IMG/VR virus record: IMGVR_UViG_3300005662_000081 | Location: 1-41,579 of that record | Strand: one strand, 5' to 3' | Length of the DNA stretch: 41,579 nt | DNA from: a virus | Taxonomy: Duplodnaviria; Caudoviricetes | Shown: positions 6,429-16,465 of the stretch, piece by piece | Layout of the letters: each line of letters opens with the position of its first letter | Numbering within the stretch: the stretch's first letter is position 1 | The notes under the pieces: model-generated | The model's database searches: none | What the model was told of the DNA's origin: nothing | What the model saw: the letters and a program-made list of their open reading frames with translations, nothing else | Position numbers and translations under genes: made by a program

Positions 6429-9400
6429 CGGGCTTTGTAGAGCTGGCTTTCTTGGATGATGGAGCGGATGGCGAAGTTCACTTCCGCTTGATTGCCGAGA
6501 GTGTTTGCGGTGTCGGCTTCTTCCATTCGGCTTTGGAAAAGATTCTCAAAAGATTGCAGCTCTCGATAGCGGTCCTCCTCGCGGAAATTACGGGCATCCC
6601 CGCGTGAGCGCAGCCAGTAGTATTCTTGGCGAAGGGCTTTGACCTGGGCTGGCATGTCGAGCCGCTTGATGGCTTTGAATTTGTCTTCGCCTGCTTGCGC
6701 GGTGCGCATGGTTTCGCGGGTGCCTTGGTCAGTGATCTTGAAGAAGCGGTTGAATGCCGGGACTGCTCCGATGGCTGCTTCGGTGTAGGTGTTGGCGCGG
6801 GGATCGTATTTGAAGAAATTGGAAACGCCGGTTTCATTCAGCGTCCAGCCGAGCATCGGTTTCAAAGCATACAAGCCACCGGCCTTTTGCTCATCTTCGG
6901 AAAGGATGGGTTGGTTGCGGTGGTTGACCGGGGATTTTCCGGTGAAAAATTGCCCCCACTTGTCGCCCACTTCCACGACAGGATTCATTCCGGGCAGGGT
7001 AGCCGTGAATCCGCTGATGATGTCGAATCCCTCGACATCGAGCGGGCGGCCTTGGGCCATGCGCACCATGGCTTTTGTCAGCTTGGAAATAGTTGCAAAG
7101 AACAAGCGGTTATTCTCATCCAAGGGCAGAGTCAGCAGAGCGGACTTGGTGCCGGTTGGGGAATCCACGGTGCCGAGTGGCACGATGCCTTTGTTGGAGA
7201 TGTCGTATTCGCTCGACCCGGCGTAGGTTTTGGCAAGGTCTTCGCCAAGCACTCCCTCTTTAGCGAGACGCTGCATGATGGCAGCGACTCCGCCGCCTGC
7301 GATGAAGAACGCCAGCACATATTCCTGCCAAGACATGGTTTTGCCTTCGCGGCCTGTGATGAGCTTGCCCATCGACTCAAAGGACCGGACAAAGATATTG
7401 GCAAAGGGGGCGAGGGCTTGGAAGTTCCCGATGTGCTTGCCCTTTTTGTAGGTGTTGGGCAGGCCGATGTGGTTTCGCACCCAATACGCGGCCTTGGCTT
7501 TATCCATTCCAAGCGTTCGCGTGTTCGTTTTGTAGCTGGAGGTTTTGGGAATGTTCTGGAGGATTTGCCCAGCCAGTTCGACATCGTTGAGGTAGTTGGC
7601 GACTTGGCGATAAATCCACGGCAGCGGCTTGGGCTCTCCTCCGACATGGAATTTTCCCATCAGAGCGTCGATAGCTTGGTCCGGGTTGTCGTTGGCGACT
7701 CCGCGACCGAGGTAGGCCCACGGCCCACCGATGGCGTAGTTCTCGATCATCTCCCGCATGAGGGCGGATCGGCCAATGTCTCCCCTCGCCCAATCTACCG
7801 AGGCCGTAGGATCATCCGGCAGCCATGGCAAAGATTCGAGAGCGTTGGCAAAGACTCGCCCGGCGAAAAATCCCGCGTAGCTGGCAGCATTCCCGCCCAC
7901 CACACCGCCAATAACCATGCCAGGGACTCCTCCCACGGTTCCTACTGCCGCCCCGCCCGTGGCTCCGGCGATGCCTGACAGGGTGGTTCCGGTAAATTCC
8001 ATCAGCACTCGCCGCCCGTCGCGGCTTTTAGAAAGTTCCAAGACCTCTTTGGCGATGTTCTTCACAAGCGCCGCACGGCCTTTGATGCCTCCCGGTTGGT
8101 TTACAAGCGCCCGGCCAAAATCTTTGGTAGGGCCGGTGAAAAGTTGGAAGTTTGGATTCCACTTGATGATGAGGTTGTAAATGCTGTTTCGGAATCCCCA
8201 ATTCAGCGATTTGAGAATGGCGTCGCCCATTGCCGGGGAATGCTGGTCGAGCGCGGCGGCCCATCGGTCTTGGATGTGAGCGCCGACAAGCTGCCCTTTC
8301 TCTCGCCATGTCACCAGCTTCCAGCCGGATTCGCTCGGCGGCTTGGGTTCCATGAATTTCCCATTGAATCGCATGGGTGCAGGGCGGGCGATTTCTGCAC
8401 TGGCCTGAACGAGGCGGCCACCCATGACGCGGTTAAATTTATTCTTCTGCGCGGCGCGAAACATCGACACCAATTTCTTGGGCATTTCCACGGTCGGACG
8501 GGCCACAGCTTTAACCGTTCCTTTGCGCCCTACCATGCGGCTGGAGGTGTATGGCTTCACATAGTCCAGCACGGTGAAAGTGGCGTAGTTCTCGTTGGTG
8601 GAAAATTTCTGCCACAAGTCATCAGTGAGCATCCCTTCTTCCCAATAGAATTTAAGGACATCTTGGAATTGTTCGCGGAAAGCCTTGGCCGATGCCTCTA
8701 GTGCGGCCCATTGCTCCGGCTTCATATTGGCTTGCATGTAGTCGAGCCGTTCCTGAGCGGTGCGGGCGGTCTCTCCGCCAGGGTTGAACTTGGTGGGGCT
8801 TTGCTCGTAGCCGATGGTTTGCATTTCTCCATCTACCATTTCCTTCACCTCGTATTTCTCGCGGGCGATGCGCGTGTAGATGAGATAATCATCGAGGGAG
8901 AAACGACTGATGCCTGCCTCGTCCAGCCCGATTAGGACTCGCTGCATATCCATCATGCGAAGTTGCAGGCGGCTGTCGGCCATCGGGTGCTCCTCGGTGA
9001 GGTAGCGGTAGGGATCGTCCTCGGCCGAGGGCAGCTTTCCTTCGGCGCGGGCCTTGTCGATGGCCGATGTCAGCGGAAAAAATTCATCCCAATATTGATC
9101 GCGTATATCATCCCAGAGGCCGGTCAAAGAAGTGCGGCGGGAGGTGGCTTTGTTAAAAGCATCGAGGAATGCCTGGTCTCCTTTGGCATAGTTTTCCCAA
9201 TCTCTGGCCTGCCGTTTTTCCAGCACACTGGACCGGCCTTTGTTGATGCGGTCGTAGATGTCCACCAGCTTGGCTTTGACCTGCGGGCGGCTGTCGAGGT
9301 GGTTCCAGAAGGTCTCGTAAAAAATAGGAGCGCGGGTTTTGAGATCCGCCGGGCTGTTCATCAGCACGCTCATGGCATCGGCGAAAAGCTCCTCGGCGCT

Positions 9401-12400
9401 AAAACGGTATTTGATGTAGTCGTCCGGCGTTTTCGCCATGTCGAAAGGTTTCCACCATTTTGTCAGGTCGATCAGTTCTTGCCGGATGTATTTGAAGTCG
9501 GCGACATTTCTTGCAGCCATCTCGGCCCGCATGGCGGCGTGGAATGCCTCGCGGAGTTCGTCTGGAGTCGGTTCGCGGCCACCGATATTCTGGACTTCCT
9601 CGCGGGTCGTCGTGCCAATTTGTTCGCCTTGGATTTGGAATTTCTCCAAGCGCGAATCGACGATGCCTTTCATGGCTTGCTTGACGATGGCTTTCTTCGT
9701 GCCCCCGTCCTGCTTGGCAAACCAGTCGTAGAGTTCCGGCCATTGCTCGCGGGCATCGAGGCCGAAGAGACCCTTCACGATTTCTGGCGTCACTCCGCTT
9801 TGCGCATAGACCGGCTCCTCCACCAGCACACGGCGCACTTCGCCTTCCAGCGAGACGCGCAAATCTTCCTCGGCCCGCTGGCGGATAGCTTCGCGTTGTT
9901 TCTTGCTGATCGCTTCTCCCTGCACGGCGACGGGATCAAGCGGCATCGAATGTTTGGTCGAGCGAACACCGGCAATGATGCCAAGGAGGTTGCCCTTCTG
10001 CATTTTGAAATCATCCATAAATTGGATGAAGTGTCCGGCCTCGTGCATGAAAACCATGTTGGCAGAAGCCTCACCGCCTGCGGCGATAAGATCAGGGCGC
10101 AGCGTGATGTAGCCGTTGCCCGCAGGCAGGAATGTGCCCAATGCTCCACGCTTGCGCGGCACACGGATTTGCGGGTTGTTTCCAGACAGGCTTTTGAAAA
10201 ACTCCATCGCTTCCGGCATTTCAATGATCGGCACCTTATCCATGCCGCCGAGGATCACCGGCATGGTCCAGACGCCAGTGTCAGCGCGGGAGACGCCCAC
10301 CGCATCGGGGAAGTCGGCGAAGACTTGGGCGTCGTTGTAGGTTTCGAGCGGTGGCTTGGGGAGCGTGGCGGTGGTAGAGAGGAGCGGGGCGGGCGGTCCT
10401 GCGTCGGCCATGGTCTTGCCGCCTCGGGAGGATTTGGCGGGCGGTCCGGCATCGGCGAAAGCCATGTTGGTTTGGCTCTTCTGCGCCTCCTCCTCCGCCG
10501 CTTGCTGGCGGTTGGCTTCGTCGGCTTCGCGTTGGAGCTTTAAGCTGTCGTCATCCAGCGGGCGGTCGAGGCTGAATGGCATTTCGCCAGGGGTAAAAAG
10601 ATTGCCAGAGAAGGGTTCGGTCTGCTGGGCGGCGGCGGGCGGGGCGGCGGTCTCAGTAAGAAATGAGAAGCCATCATCCTGTGAGGGGGAGATTTCGGTT
10701 TCCTGCACCCACATTTGCGTGCCGTCTTCCACTTTCTGGAGGCCAAACTTTGCGCCGTCTTCCAGGGAAATGGTGAAGGTCTCGGGGTCGATGGCTTTCA
10801 CATTGAGCCATTCGTCTGCAATCTTCACGCGGTCGCCGATCTTGAGGTCGCTGGTTGTGACCGGTTGCAGGTTGGATTTCTTGGTCTTCGAGGGGTCGAG
10901 GGCTTGCTTAGTGAAGGTGTCGTATTGCTTCTGGATTTTATTTTGCTCGGCCTCGGTGGGGTCGCCATCCTTGATTTGGCGATAGCTATTGACCTCCGAC
11001 ATGTAGGCGTTGAACAAAGTATCCGGCGAGGGGTCGGGCAATAAACCTCGCTCGAAGAGTTCTTGGGCGCGGACATCGTAGGGTTGGCCTGTCGAGCGGT
11101 GCGTTTCGGCGAAGTGCCTGCCGGTGCGGCGGATTTCGTTCCAAAAATCATTCTCTCCGCCCGCTGTGCCGCTAGAGCTTGGGCGCATCGGGCTTTCTTG
11201 AAGCGCGGAAAGGATAGGAAATGTGCCGGGATCGTAGGAGATGCGGGGGAACTGGCGCTTGGGCTTGGCGGGCGGCGAAGTGGTGGCCCCCTCCCCGGCG
11301 ATCAATTCGGGTGAGCCTGTCGGTTCAGGCGCTCCACTTGCGGCGGCTGGGGCCGTAGAGGTGTTCGGGGGAATGTCGTCAACCAGCGTGGCGGTGGTGG
11401 GGTCGAAGGGGATGATGTTCGACGGCTCGGCGGCGGGGCCGGGTAAAGCAGGCACGCCCTCGGGGCCGGGCAGGGCGTTGGTGCCGCCTTGGAAAGCTGG
11501 CGCGGGGCCGCCTCGGTTGATGAAGGCTTGGCCGGTGTAGGCGGCAGGGCTTCCAGAAAGCGGCACGGCGGCGGCAGGATTCTCGGCGGCGTAAGCCAAG
11601 GCGGGCTGGCCTGGGCGAGGCGCAGCGGGAACAGGAGGCTCGAAGCCTGCTTGCGTGAGAATGTCGCGCTGGAAACGGGGGTTGATGACGGTGTTAGTGT
11701 CCAAGACCCGTTGTCCCATAAAATCAACGGTGCTTTTGGCGATGGCTCCGGCTTCTACGAGGCGTTGGTCTTCACGCAGAATTTCCACGGTGCGGCGCAT
11801 GGAAAAGTAATCCGCAGCTTCTTGGCGGGATGCGGTGCCGAGCTTTACCTTTTGCTCAAGGACTGGAAGTTCGTCTTTGAAATAAACTTTATTGCGAGCC
11901 TTCACCCCGAGGCCCGCGCCGAGGCCGCCGAAGATGGCGGAGATGCCGGTGCTGGCGGGGTCGTATTGCGGGCGGGGGGCGAGTTGTTCGCCGGTCTGGC
12001 GGAAATGCTCCATCGCCACTTCCTTGCTGATGTCTTGGTGCAGGAGTTTATCGAGGCCGAGGTTGCCGACTTGGATCGTGGCGTCGGTAGCCACGCCGAT
12101 GCCTGCGCCTGCGCCAAAGGCTCCGGTGACAAACTTGGCGGCGGCGGCGCTGCCTTTCTCGGCTTGGATGAGATTGGCGGCATTCGCCAGGCGGGAGATG
12201 GAAACGGGCGTGGGGGCGAGGATCGAGACAAGCTGGCCGCCGGTGTTGTAGCCGGGCTTGAGTTGGTTCGCGGCATAGAAGCTATCGAGGAGGTCGCTTT
12301 CCTTGGAGGAGGCTTCGAGCAGGGCGTCGTAGGCGGCTCCGGTGCCGAGCGCGGCGGCGGTGCCTGCGCCAATACCAACGGCGATGGCCCCCGGTCCAGT

Positions 12401-12967
12401 AAAGCCGGTGGCCGTGGCGGCGGCTCCCCCTCCCACGATGGCGGCTCCGGTTTGCATGGCTCCTTTGAGCAGGCCGGAGGCGGTGGCTTTGGCTTCGGGG
12501 AAAGCTCCGGCGCGGCGCTCCAGGTCGCGGCGGGCGGCGGTGGCTTTCTCCACCGAGGGGATCACGGTGCGGGTGGCTTCGTCCCATTGATCCACGGTGC
12601 CTTTCTGGAGCTGGGTGTAGGAGTCGGAGTCGATCACCCCGGCGGACCACAGATTTTCGACGGCGGAGTTGTAGCGGGCGGGGTCGATGTAGATGCGGCC
12701 ATCGAGGACTTTCCAAGATTGGCTGCCCTCGGGGAAAATTCCTTCCTCGCGGATAAGTTGATCCTCGCGCATCCCGGCATCGCGGGCGGCATCGAGTTCG
12801 GGGTTCGGCGTGGGAACAGGCGAAGGCGTCGCGGCGGGCAAGGCGGGCTCGTCCTCCACGGGAGCATCCAAGAATGACTCAGCGGTCGGGGCGGAAGTTG
12901 TCTGGGCCTCGTCAAGAAATGCCTCAGCGTCCAGCGGTGCTTCGTCGAGGAAAGCTTCGGCGGTCAT
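6425..12967 (-). CDS. Large internal virion / DNA-ejection (polyvalent-type) protein, 2180 aa
   Basis: Last gene of the virion module. Gly/Ala-rich TM-like segments and a zincin-like HEAGH motif with downstream EELFAD. Confidence 0.75.
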   Translation of the reverse strand: MTAEAFLDEAPLDAEAFLDEAQTTSAPTAESFLDAPVEDEPALPAATPSPVPTPNPELDAARDAGMREDQLIREEGIFPEGSQSWKVLDGRIYIDPARYNSAVENLWSAGVIDSDSYTQLQKGTVDQWDEATRTVIPSVEKATAARRDLERRAGAFPEAKATASGLLKGAMQTGAAIVGGGAAATATGFTGPGAIAVGIGAGTAAALGTGAAYDALLEASSKESDLLDSFYAANQLKPGYNTGGQLVSILAPTPVSISRLANAANLIQAEKGSAAAAKFVTGAFGAGAGIGVATDATIQVGNLGLDKLLHQDISKEVAMEHFRQTGEQLAPRPQYDPASTGISAIFGGLGAGLGVKARNKVYFKDELPVLEQKVKLGTASRQEAADYFSMRRTVEILREDQRLVEAGAIAKSTVDFMGQRVLDTNTVINPRFQRDILTQAGFEPPVPAAPRPGQPALAYAAENPAAAVPLSGSPAAYTGQAFINRGGPAPAFQGGTNALPGPEGVPALPGPAAEPSNIIPFDPTTATLVDDIPPNTSTAPAAASGAPEPTGSPELIAGEGATTSPPAKPKRQFPRISYDPGTFPILSALQESPMRPSSSGTAGGENDFWNEIRRTGRHFAETHRSTGQPYDVRAQELFERGLLPDPSPDTLFNAYMSEVNSYRQIKDGDPTEAEQNKIQKQYDTFTKQALDPSKTKKSNLQPVTTSDLKIGDRVKIADEWLNVKAIDPETFTISLEDGAKFGLQKVEDGTQMWVQETEISPSQDDGFSFLTETAAPPAAAQQTEPFSGNLFTPGEMPFSLDRPLDDDSLKLQREADEANRQQAAEEEAQKSQTNMAFADAGPPAKSSRGGKTMADAGPPAPLLSTTATLPKPPLETYNDAQVFADFPDAVGVSRADTGVWTMPVILGGMDKVPIIEMPEAMEFFKSLSGNNPQIRVPRKRGALGTFLPAGNGYITLRPDLIAAGGEASANMVFMHEAGHFIQFMDDFKMQKGNLLGIIAGVRSTKHSMPLDPVAVQGEAISKKQREAIRQRAEEDLRVSLEGEVRRVLVEEPVYAQSGVTPEIVKGLFGLDAREQWPELYDWFAKQDGGTKKAIVKQAMKGIVDSRLEKFQIQGEQIGTTTREEVQNIGGREPTPDELREAFHAAMRAEMAARNVADFKYIRQELIDLTKWWKPFDMAKTPDDYIKYRFSAEELFADAMSVLMNSPADLKTRAPIFYETFWNHLDSRPQVKAKLVDIYDRINKGRSSVLEKRQARDWENYAKGDQAFLDAFNKATSRRTSLTGLWDDIRDQYWDEFFPLTSAIDKARAEGKLPSAEDDPYRYLTEEHPMADSRLQLRMMDMQRVLIGLDEAGISRFSLDDYLIYTRIAREKYEVKEMVDGEMQTIGYEQSPTKFNPGGETARTAQERLDYMQANMKPEQWAALEASAKAFREQFQDVLKFYWEEGMLTDDLWQKFSTNENYATFTVLDYVKPYTSSRMVGRKGTVKAVARPTVEMPKKLVSMFRAAQKNKFNRVMGGRLVQASAEIARPAPMRFNGKFMEPKPPSESGWKLVTWREKGQLVGAHIQDRWAAALDQHSPAMGDAILKSLNWGFRNSIYNLIIKWNPNFQLFTGPTKDFGRALVNQPGGIKGRAALVKNIAKEVLELSKSRDGRRVLMEFTGTTLSGIAGATGGAAVGTVGGVPGMVIGGVVGGNAASYAGFFAGRVFANALESLPWLPDDPTASVDWARGDIGRSALMREMIENYAIGGPWAYLGRGVANDNPDQAIDALMGKFHVGGEPKPLPWIYRQVANYLNDVELAGQILQNIPKTSSYKTNTRTLGMDKAKAAYWVRNHIGLPNTYKKGKHIGNFQALAPFANIFVRSFESMGKLITGREGKTMSWQEYVLAFFIAGGGVAAIMQRLAKEGVLGEDLAKTYAGSSEYDISNKGIVPLGTVDSPTGTKSALLTLPLDENNRLFFATISKLTKAMVRMAQGRPLDVEGFDIISGFTATLPGMNPVVEVGDKWGQFFTGKSPVNHRNQPILSEDEQKAGGLYALKPMLGWTLNETGVSNFFKYDPRANTYTEAAIGAVPAFNRFFKITDQGTRETMRTAQAGEDKFKAIKRLDMPAQVKALRQEYYWLRSRGDARNFREEDRYRELQSFENLFQSRMEEADTANTLGNQAEVNFAIRSIIQESQLYKAR

Positions 12968-13986
12968 TTGTAATTGAACTGCGTGCGAAGTATTTGAACG
13001 GCGGAGGAACGATCAATTTTACCAGCGCGGAGGGCGGCACGGACATCATCCGGCGAGGAATAAGGGGCTGGTGTGCGTGAAGGCGCAGGAGTTTGGGAAG
13101 GAGTCGGGGCGGCAGGGGTCGGCGTTGGGGTGGCAGCGGGCGCGGGGGAGGATTTGGAGGAGCGGTTCACGGGGCGGATGGCGACTTCGATGCGTTTGTC
13201 GAAATCGGATTTTTCGCTTTCCAGTTGCTTGCGGAGGGAAGCCACCTTCGTTCCGCCGAGCCACCCGGCAGGCTCATAGGTGCCGGTCTCGTCGTTGTAG
13301 GCCACAGATTCCGCCTCGGTAAAACGAGTGAGATCCGTGAGGCGAGCGCCGACATTTTCGCTCTGGAGCTGGAGGCGTTTGATGTTGTCCTCTTGCGTAG
13401 CGGAGAGTTTCGCGGGGCCGCGAACGGCTTCCCCGGTGCTTTCATTCCATGCCGGGAAGCTGCGGCCCGTGAGCGGGTCGATCATAACCATCGTGCCATC
13501 CTCGGCTTGCTTGATTTCCATCTTCACCGCCTCGGGTTGCTTGGCTTCTTCAATTCGCTGGTTATTTGCAAAATACACCGTGCGGCCATCGGGCAGGGCC
13601 ACGGTCTGGACTTGCGAGGCGCGGGATCGCTTCACGCTGTCTTGATAAATGCGGAGGGCGTCGCGGGCGGGGACGCTGCGGCCCGAGGCTTTGGTGGCGC
13701 GGATGACTTCCTTCTCATGCGGGGAGAGGGCATTCCATTGCTCTTGGCTGGTGATGCGAATGCTGGCTCCTTGGGCGAGCCGGGCGGCGACGGCATCGAA
13801 AGGCTCCTCGTCTTGACCCGACACGGCATCGAGGGCTGGGCCGACCGGTTGTTGCTGGGTGGTCGGATCGACGGCATCAAACGCTGCCGATAAGGGCATG
13901 ATGTTATTTGGATCAGCGTCGGCAGAGGGGTTCACCGGGAGCGGCACAACCTGGTCGTAATCGAGAGCGGCTTGCTGGGGGGTCAT
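12964..13986 (-). CDS. Internal virion / ejection protein (340 aa)
   Basis: Position before the largest ejection protein; coiled-coil and Pro-rich tail. Confidence 0.6.
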   Translation of the reverse strand: MTPQQAALDYDQVVPLPVNPSADADPNNIMPLSAAFDAVDPTTQQQPVGPALDAVSGQDEEPFDAVAARLAQGASIRITSQEQWNALSPHEKEVIRATKASGRSVPARDALRIYQDSVKRSRASQVQTVALPDGRTVYFANNQRIEEAKQPEAVKMEIKQAEDGTMVMIDPLTGRSFPAWNESTGEAVRGPAKLSATQEDNIKRLQLQSENVGARLTDLTRFTEAESVAYNDETGTYEPAGWLGGTKVASLRKQLESEKSDFDKRIEVAIRPVNRSSKSSPAPAATPTPTPAAPTPSQTPAPSRTPAPYSSPDDVRAALRAGKIDRSSAVQILRTQFNYK

Positions 13987-13995
13987 GGAAAGATT

Positions 13996-14496
13996 TTACT
14001 GCCAGATGTCAACGCCATCCGCCACATCGACGCTAAACATCGGCGAAGACCCACCGCCTCCGCCGATGCCGAGGGCGGCTTTCTGTTTGGCGAGGTTGAG
14101 GGCTTGGGTGTATTGGGCGTTTTGATTGTAGCGAGTTTGGAGGTTTTCCACGGCAGGCATGAAGGCCATGTAGGTTCCGGCCATCTTGTTGGCGTTTTTA
14201 CCGGCTTTGCCGAGTTCTTCATTGAGAGCGTTGCCGAGGGCTATGCCTTCTTCGCCATACTGCGGGAGGATGGCTTGCATGGCGGAGCCGGTAGCGGCGA
14301 GACCTTCGAGCTTGGCGGTGTTTTCGCGGGATTCTTTAAGCATTCCGCCGATGCCGCCGCCGAGACCGGCGAGACCTTCGCCGATGGATTTACCGAAAGA
14401 TTGCATTCCTTGGGCGCGGGTGTTGGCGGCGTTGACTTGGGATGCTCCGAGGATTTCGCCGGAGCGGTCGTTGACGGTGGGGTTGTAGGCGAACAT
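13996..14496 (-). CDS. Internal virion / ejection protein (166 aa)
   Basis: Gly/Ala-rich helical sequence (GKSIGEGLAGLGGGIGG) within the ejection module. Confidence 0.6.
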   Translation of the reverse strand: MFAYNPTVNDRSGEILGASQVNAANTRAQGMQSFGKSIGEGLAGLGGGIGGMLKESRENTAKLEGLAATGSAMQAILPQYGEEGIALGNALNEELGKAGKNANKMAGTYMAFMPAVENLQTRYNQNAQYTQALNLAKQKAALGIGGGGGSSPMFSVDVADGVDIWQ

Positions 14497-14502
14497 GGGC
14501 GT

Positions 14503-14799
14503 TTAGGGGGTTGGGAGGTTTTTGGATTGGCGGGCTTCTATGCAGAGTGGGCTGCCGGGCTGGAAGGCTCGGCAGGCGGATGGACGGTGTTGGTATATTG
14601 CGCAGGCGACTCCTCGGCCCACTTCGCCACGGAGGGCGATGCAGCGTCCGCAGGGGTCGGTTTTGAGAAGGGGGTAGTCGCTTCGGAGGTAGTCGGCAGG
14701 GATGCCGGTGGCGTCGGAGCGGTCGCGCCGGAGCACGGGCCAGCTCCAACGGTGCGAGCAACATGCGCCACACCGTTGACAGTCGTATTCGGAGCCCAG
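14503..14799 (-). CDS. YkgJ-family CxxCxxCC Zn/Fe-S cluster protein (no ATG; CTG start or frameshift)
   Basis: YDCQRCGACC...GRCIAL...CAIYQHRPSACRAF...C, overlapping the tail of the upstream ORF in the -1 frame. Confidence 0.8.
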   Translation of the reverse strand: MGSEYDCQRCGACCSHRWSWPVLRRDRSDATGIPADYLRSDYPLLKTDPCGRCIALRGEVGRGVACAIYQHRPSACRAFQPGSPLCIEARQSKNLPTP

Positions 14800-15644
14800 T
14801 TGTGGCGGAAGCCCTGCTCGGGGATCGCGTTGTCCTCGTAGGGGGCGAGGTGGGCGATGTTGTTGACCTGGCTTTGGAGTTTCGGGCAATGGACGGGGCT
14901 GCTCAAGTGGCGGTTCACGCAGTTCCAGCATATCGGGTAGTAATCGGCGTTGTGGGATTTGTCCTGCTTGTGGCCCCACTTGCCGGTGGAGCGGTCGTAG
15001 CGGGTGGGGTCCATCGGGACGCCTTCGGCTTCGAGGTAATCGAAGATGTCGTCGTCGGTCCAATGCCGCATGGGGTAGAGCTGGGTGGGCGAGTCTGGGG
15101 TGCGGCGGACATCCTGCATGAGGGGCACGGCTCCTTTGATGAGATCGACATCGGCGGATTTCTGGCCGTGGAAGCAGGAGTCCCACGGCCATTGGAAGGT
15201 GCCGGTGGGGCGCTGGAGCACATCGGAGAGGCCGCAGAGGTAGCGTCCGGCGGAGACTTCCTGCGCGGTGGGGGCTTCGGTGCCGAGGCTGAGGATGAGG
15301 GCGCTGTGGTGGCCCCATTGGTAATACTTGAGGAAATCGAAACGCGGCTCGCCGGTCTCGATGTCGAAGCCGTCTTGGATGGCGATGCGGCCGGGAGCGT
15401 AATCGAAGAGGGTCAAGTCCCACTCGCGGGCGAGCAGGTCGCTGTGGGCGTAGCGGTGGCGGAAGCGGGGTTCACGCCACTGCACGCAGGGGAGCCGCAC
15501 GCCGAGCTTGAAGATGAGGAGGTGCAACATGGCGGTGCTGTCCTTGCCTCCGCTCCAGAGGACGACGGGGTTGCGAAACTCCCGCAGCCAGTGCTCGGCG
15601 CGGTAGAGGGTTTGATCGACGAGGGTTTGCAGGTGTTGGTTCAT
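14538..15644 (-). CDS. PAPS-reductase-like PP-loop protein (adenine nucleotide alpha-hydrolase family)
   Basis: LWSGGKDS PP-loop, YPMRHWTDDDIFDYL motif, C-terminal CWNC...C. Confidence 0.85.
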   Translation of the reverse strand: MNQHLQTLVDQTLYRAEHWLREFRNPVVLWSGGKDSTAMLHLLIFKLGVRLPCVQWREPRFRHRYAHSDLLAREWDLTLFDYAPGRIAIQDGFDIETGEPRFDFLKYYQWGHHSALILSLGTEAPTAQEVSAGRYLCGLSDVLQRPTGTFQWPWDSCFHGQKSADVDLIKGAVPLMQDVRRTPDSPTQLYPMRHWTDDDIFDYLEAEGVPMDPTRYDRSTGKWGHKQDKSHNADYYPICWNCVNRHLSSPVHCPKLQSQVNNIAHLAPYEDNAIPEQGFRHNWAPNTTVNGVAHVARTVGAGPCSGATAPTPPASLPTTSEATTPFSKPTPADAASPSVAKWAEESPAQYTNTVHPPAEPSSPAAHSA

Positions 15645-16465
15645 TAAATGGCGAGGCCGACTCCCATGAGAGCACCGCCCGCGATGCCGCCCATCATTCC
15701 CATTTGTCCGGAAGATTGAGATGCCCCGGCCTGCAAGTAAGCGCCTTGCATTGAGGCGTTGTTGTTAAGCACCGTGTTACGGCGGGTTTCGAGCATGTTG
15801 GTGTTGAAAGTCTCTACATTGCCAATGGTGCCGAGAGCGTTGGAGTAGGCTTGGCCGAGCATTCCGCCCGCTTGGCCACTCAGCCCTTGCCCGAAGGAGG
15901 CTCCGGGAGCAAAGGCCCGCTGGTAGGGGTCGTAGTTCATTCGCTGGTTGGCGACATTGAGGGCGGTCTGATTCGTGTCGGCCATGACAGCGCCTGCAAA
16001 TGTGCGGCGTTGCGCTTCGCGCTGGCTGGCGTAGGCGTCACGGTTGAGCACTTCGGCGGCAAGGGCAGCGTTGCCGACGCCGAGGCCACGGGCGGACATT
16101 CCGGCCCGGGCAGCTTGGGTGGCGGCGCGTTCTTGCTCGGGGGTGAGGCTGCGGCCAAGCTGGAGATCGGCAAGGGCGGAGGCGTTGAGTTGTTTGGAGA
16201 TTTCGTTGTTGCGAGGGTCCACCGCATCCAGTCCGGCTTTGGCCTCGCGGTAGCTCTCGTTGTCGAGATTGGCTGAGACTTTAGCAATCGTGCCTAGCTG
16301 GAGCTTTTCAAACTCGGGATAGGCCGACTTGAGTTGCTTGATCTGGTCTTGACCGATGAGCCGCGAGTTCTTCCGCGCTGCCGCGAACATTTTCTCATAG
16401 TCCAGCGGCTCGGCGGCCTTGGGCACCGGCTGCATCTTTGGTTTTTTAGGTCCTTTGCCACCCAT
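15644..16465 (-). CDS. Internal virion / pilot-like ejection protein (273 aa)
   Basis: Starts MGGKGPKKPK, Ala/Gln-rich helices, C-terminal glycine zipper GGIAGGALMGVGLAI. Confidence 0.7.
   Translation of the reverse strand: MGGKGPKKPKMQPVPKAAEPLDYEKMFAAARKNSRLIGQDQIKQLKSAYPEFEKLQLGTIAKVSANLDNESYREAKAGLDAVDPRNNEISKQLNASALADLQLGRSLTPEQERAATQAARAGMSARGLGVGNAALAAEVLNRDAYASQREAQRRTFAGAVMADTNQTALNVANQRMNYDPYQRAFAPGASFGQGLSGQAGGMLGQAYSNALGTIGNVETFNTNMLETRRNTVLNNNASMQGAYLQAGASQSSGQMGMMGGIAGGALMGVGLAI

Noticed and set aside
6626-12877. Long plus-strand ORFs (e.g. 6626-7978, 8963-10543, 11489-12877; likewise 28140-29912, 30290-31696)
   Set aside because: Antisense shadows of high-GC genes with no recognisable motifs.
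6425-12967. Virion RNA polymerase (N4-like) reading the early hairpins
   Set aside because: No polymerase catalytic motifs recognised; the hairpins have 5-nt loops and a sigma70-like promoter lies upstream.
14538-15644. Bona fide cysH sulfur-assimilation gene
   Set aside because: Lacks the C-terminal ECGLH motif and any sulfur-pathway neighbours, so no symbol was assigned.
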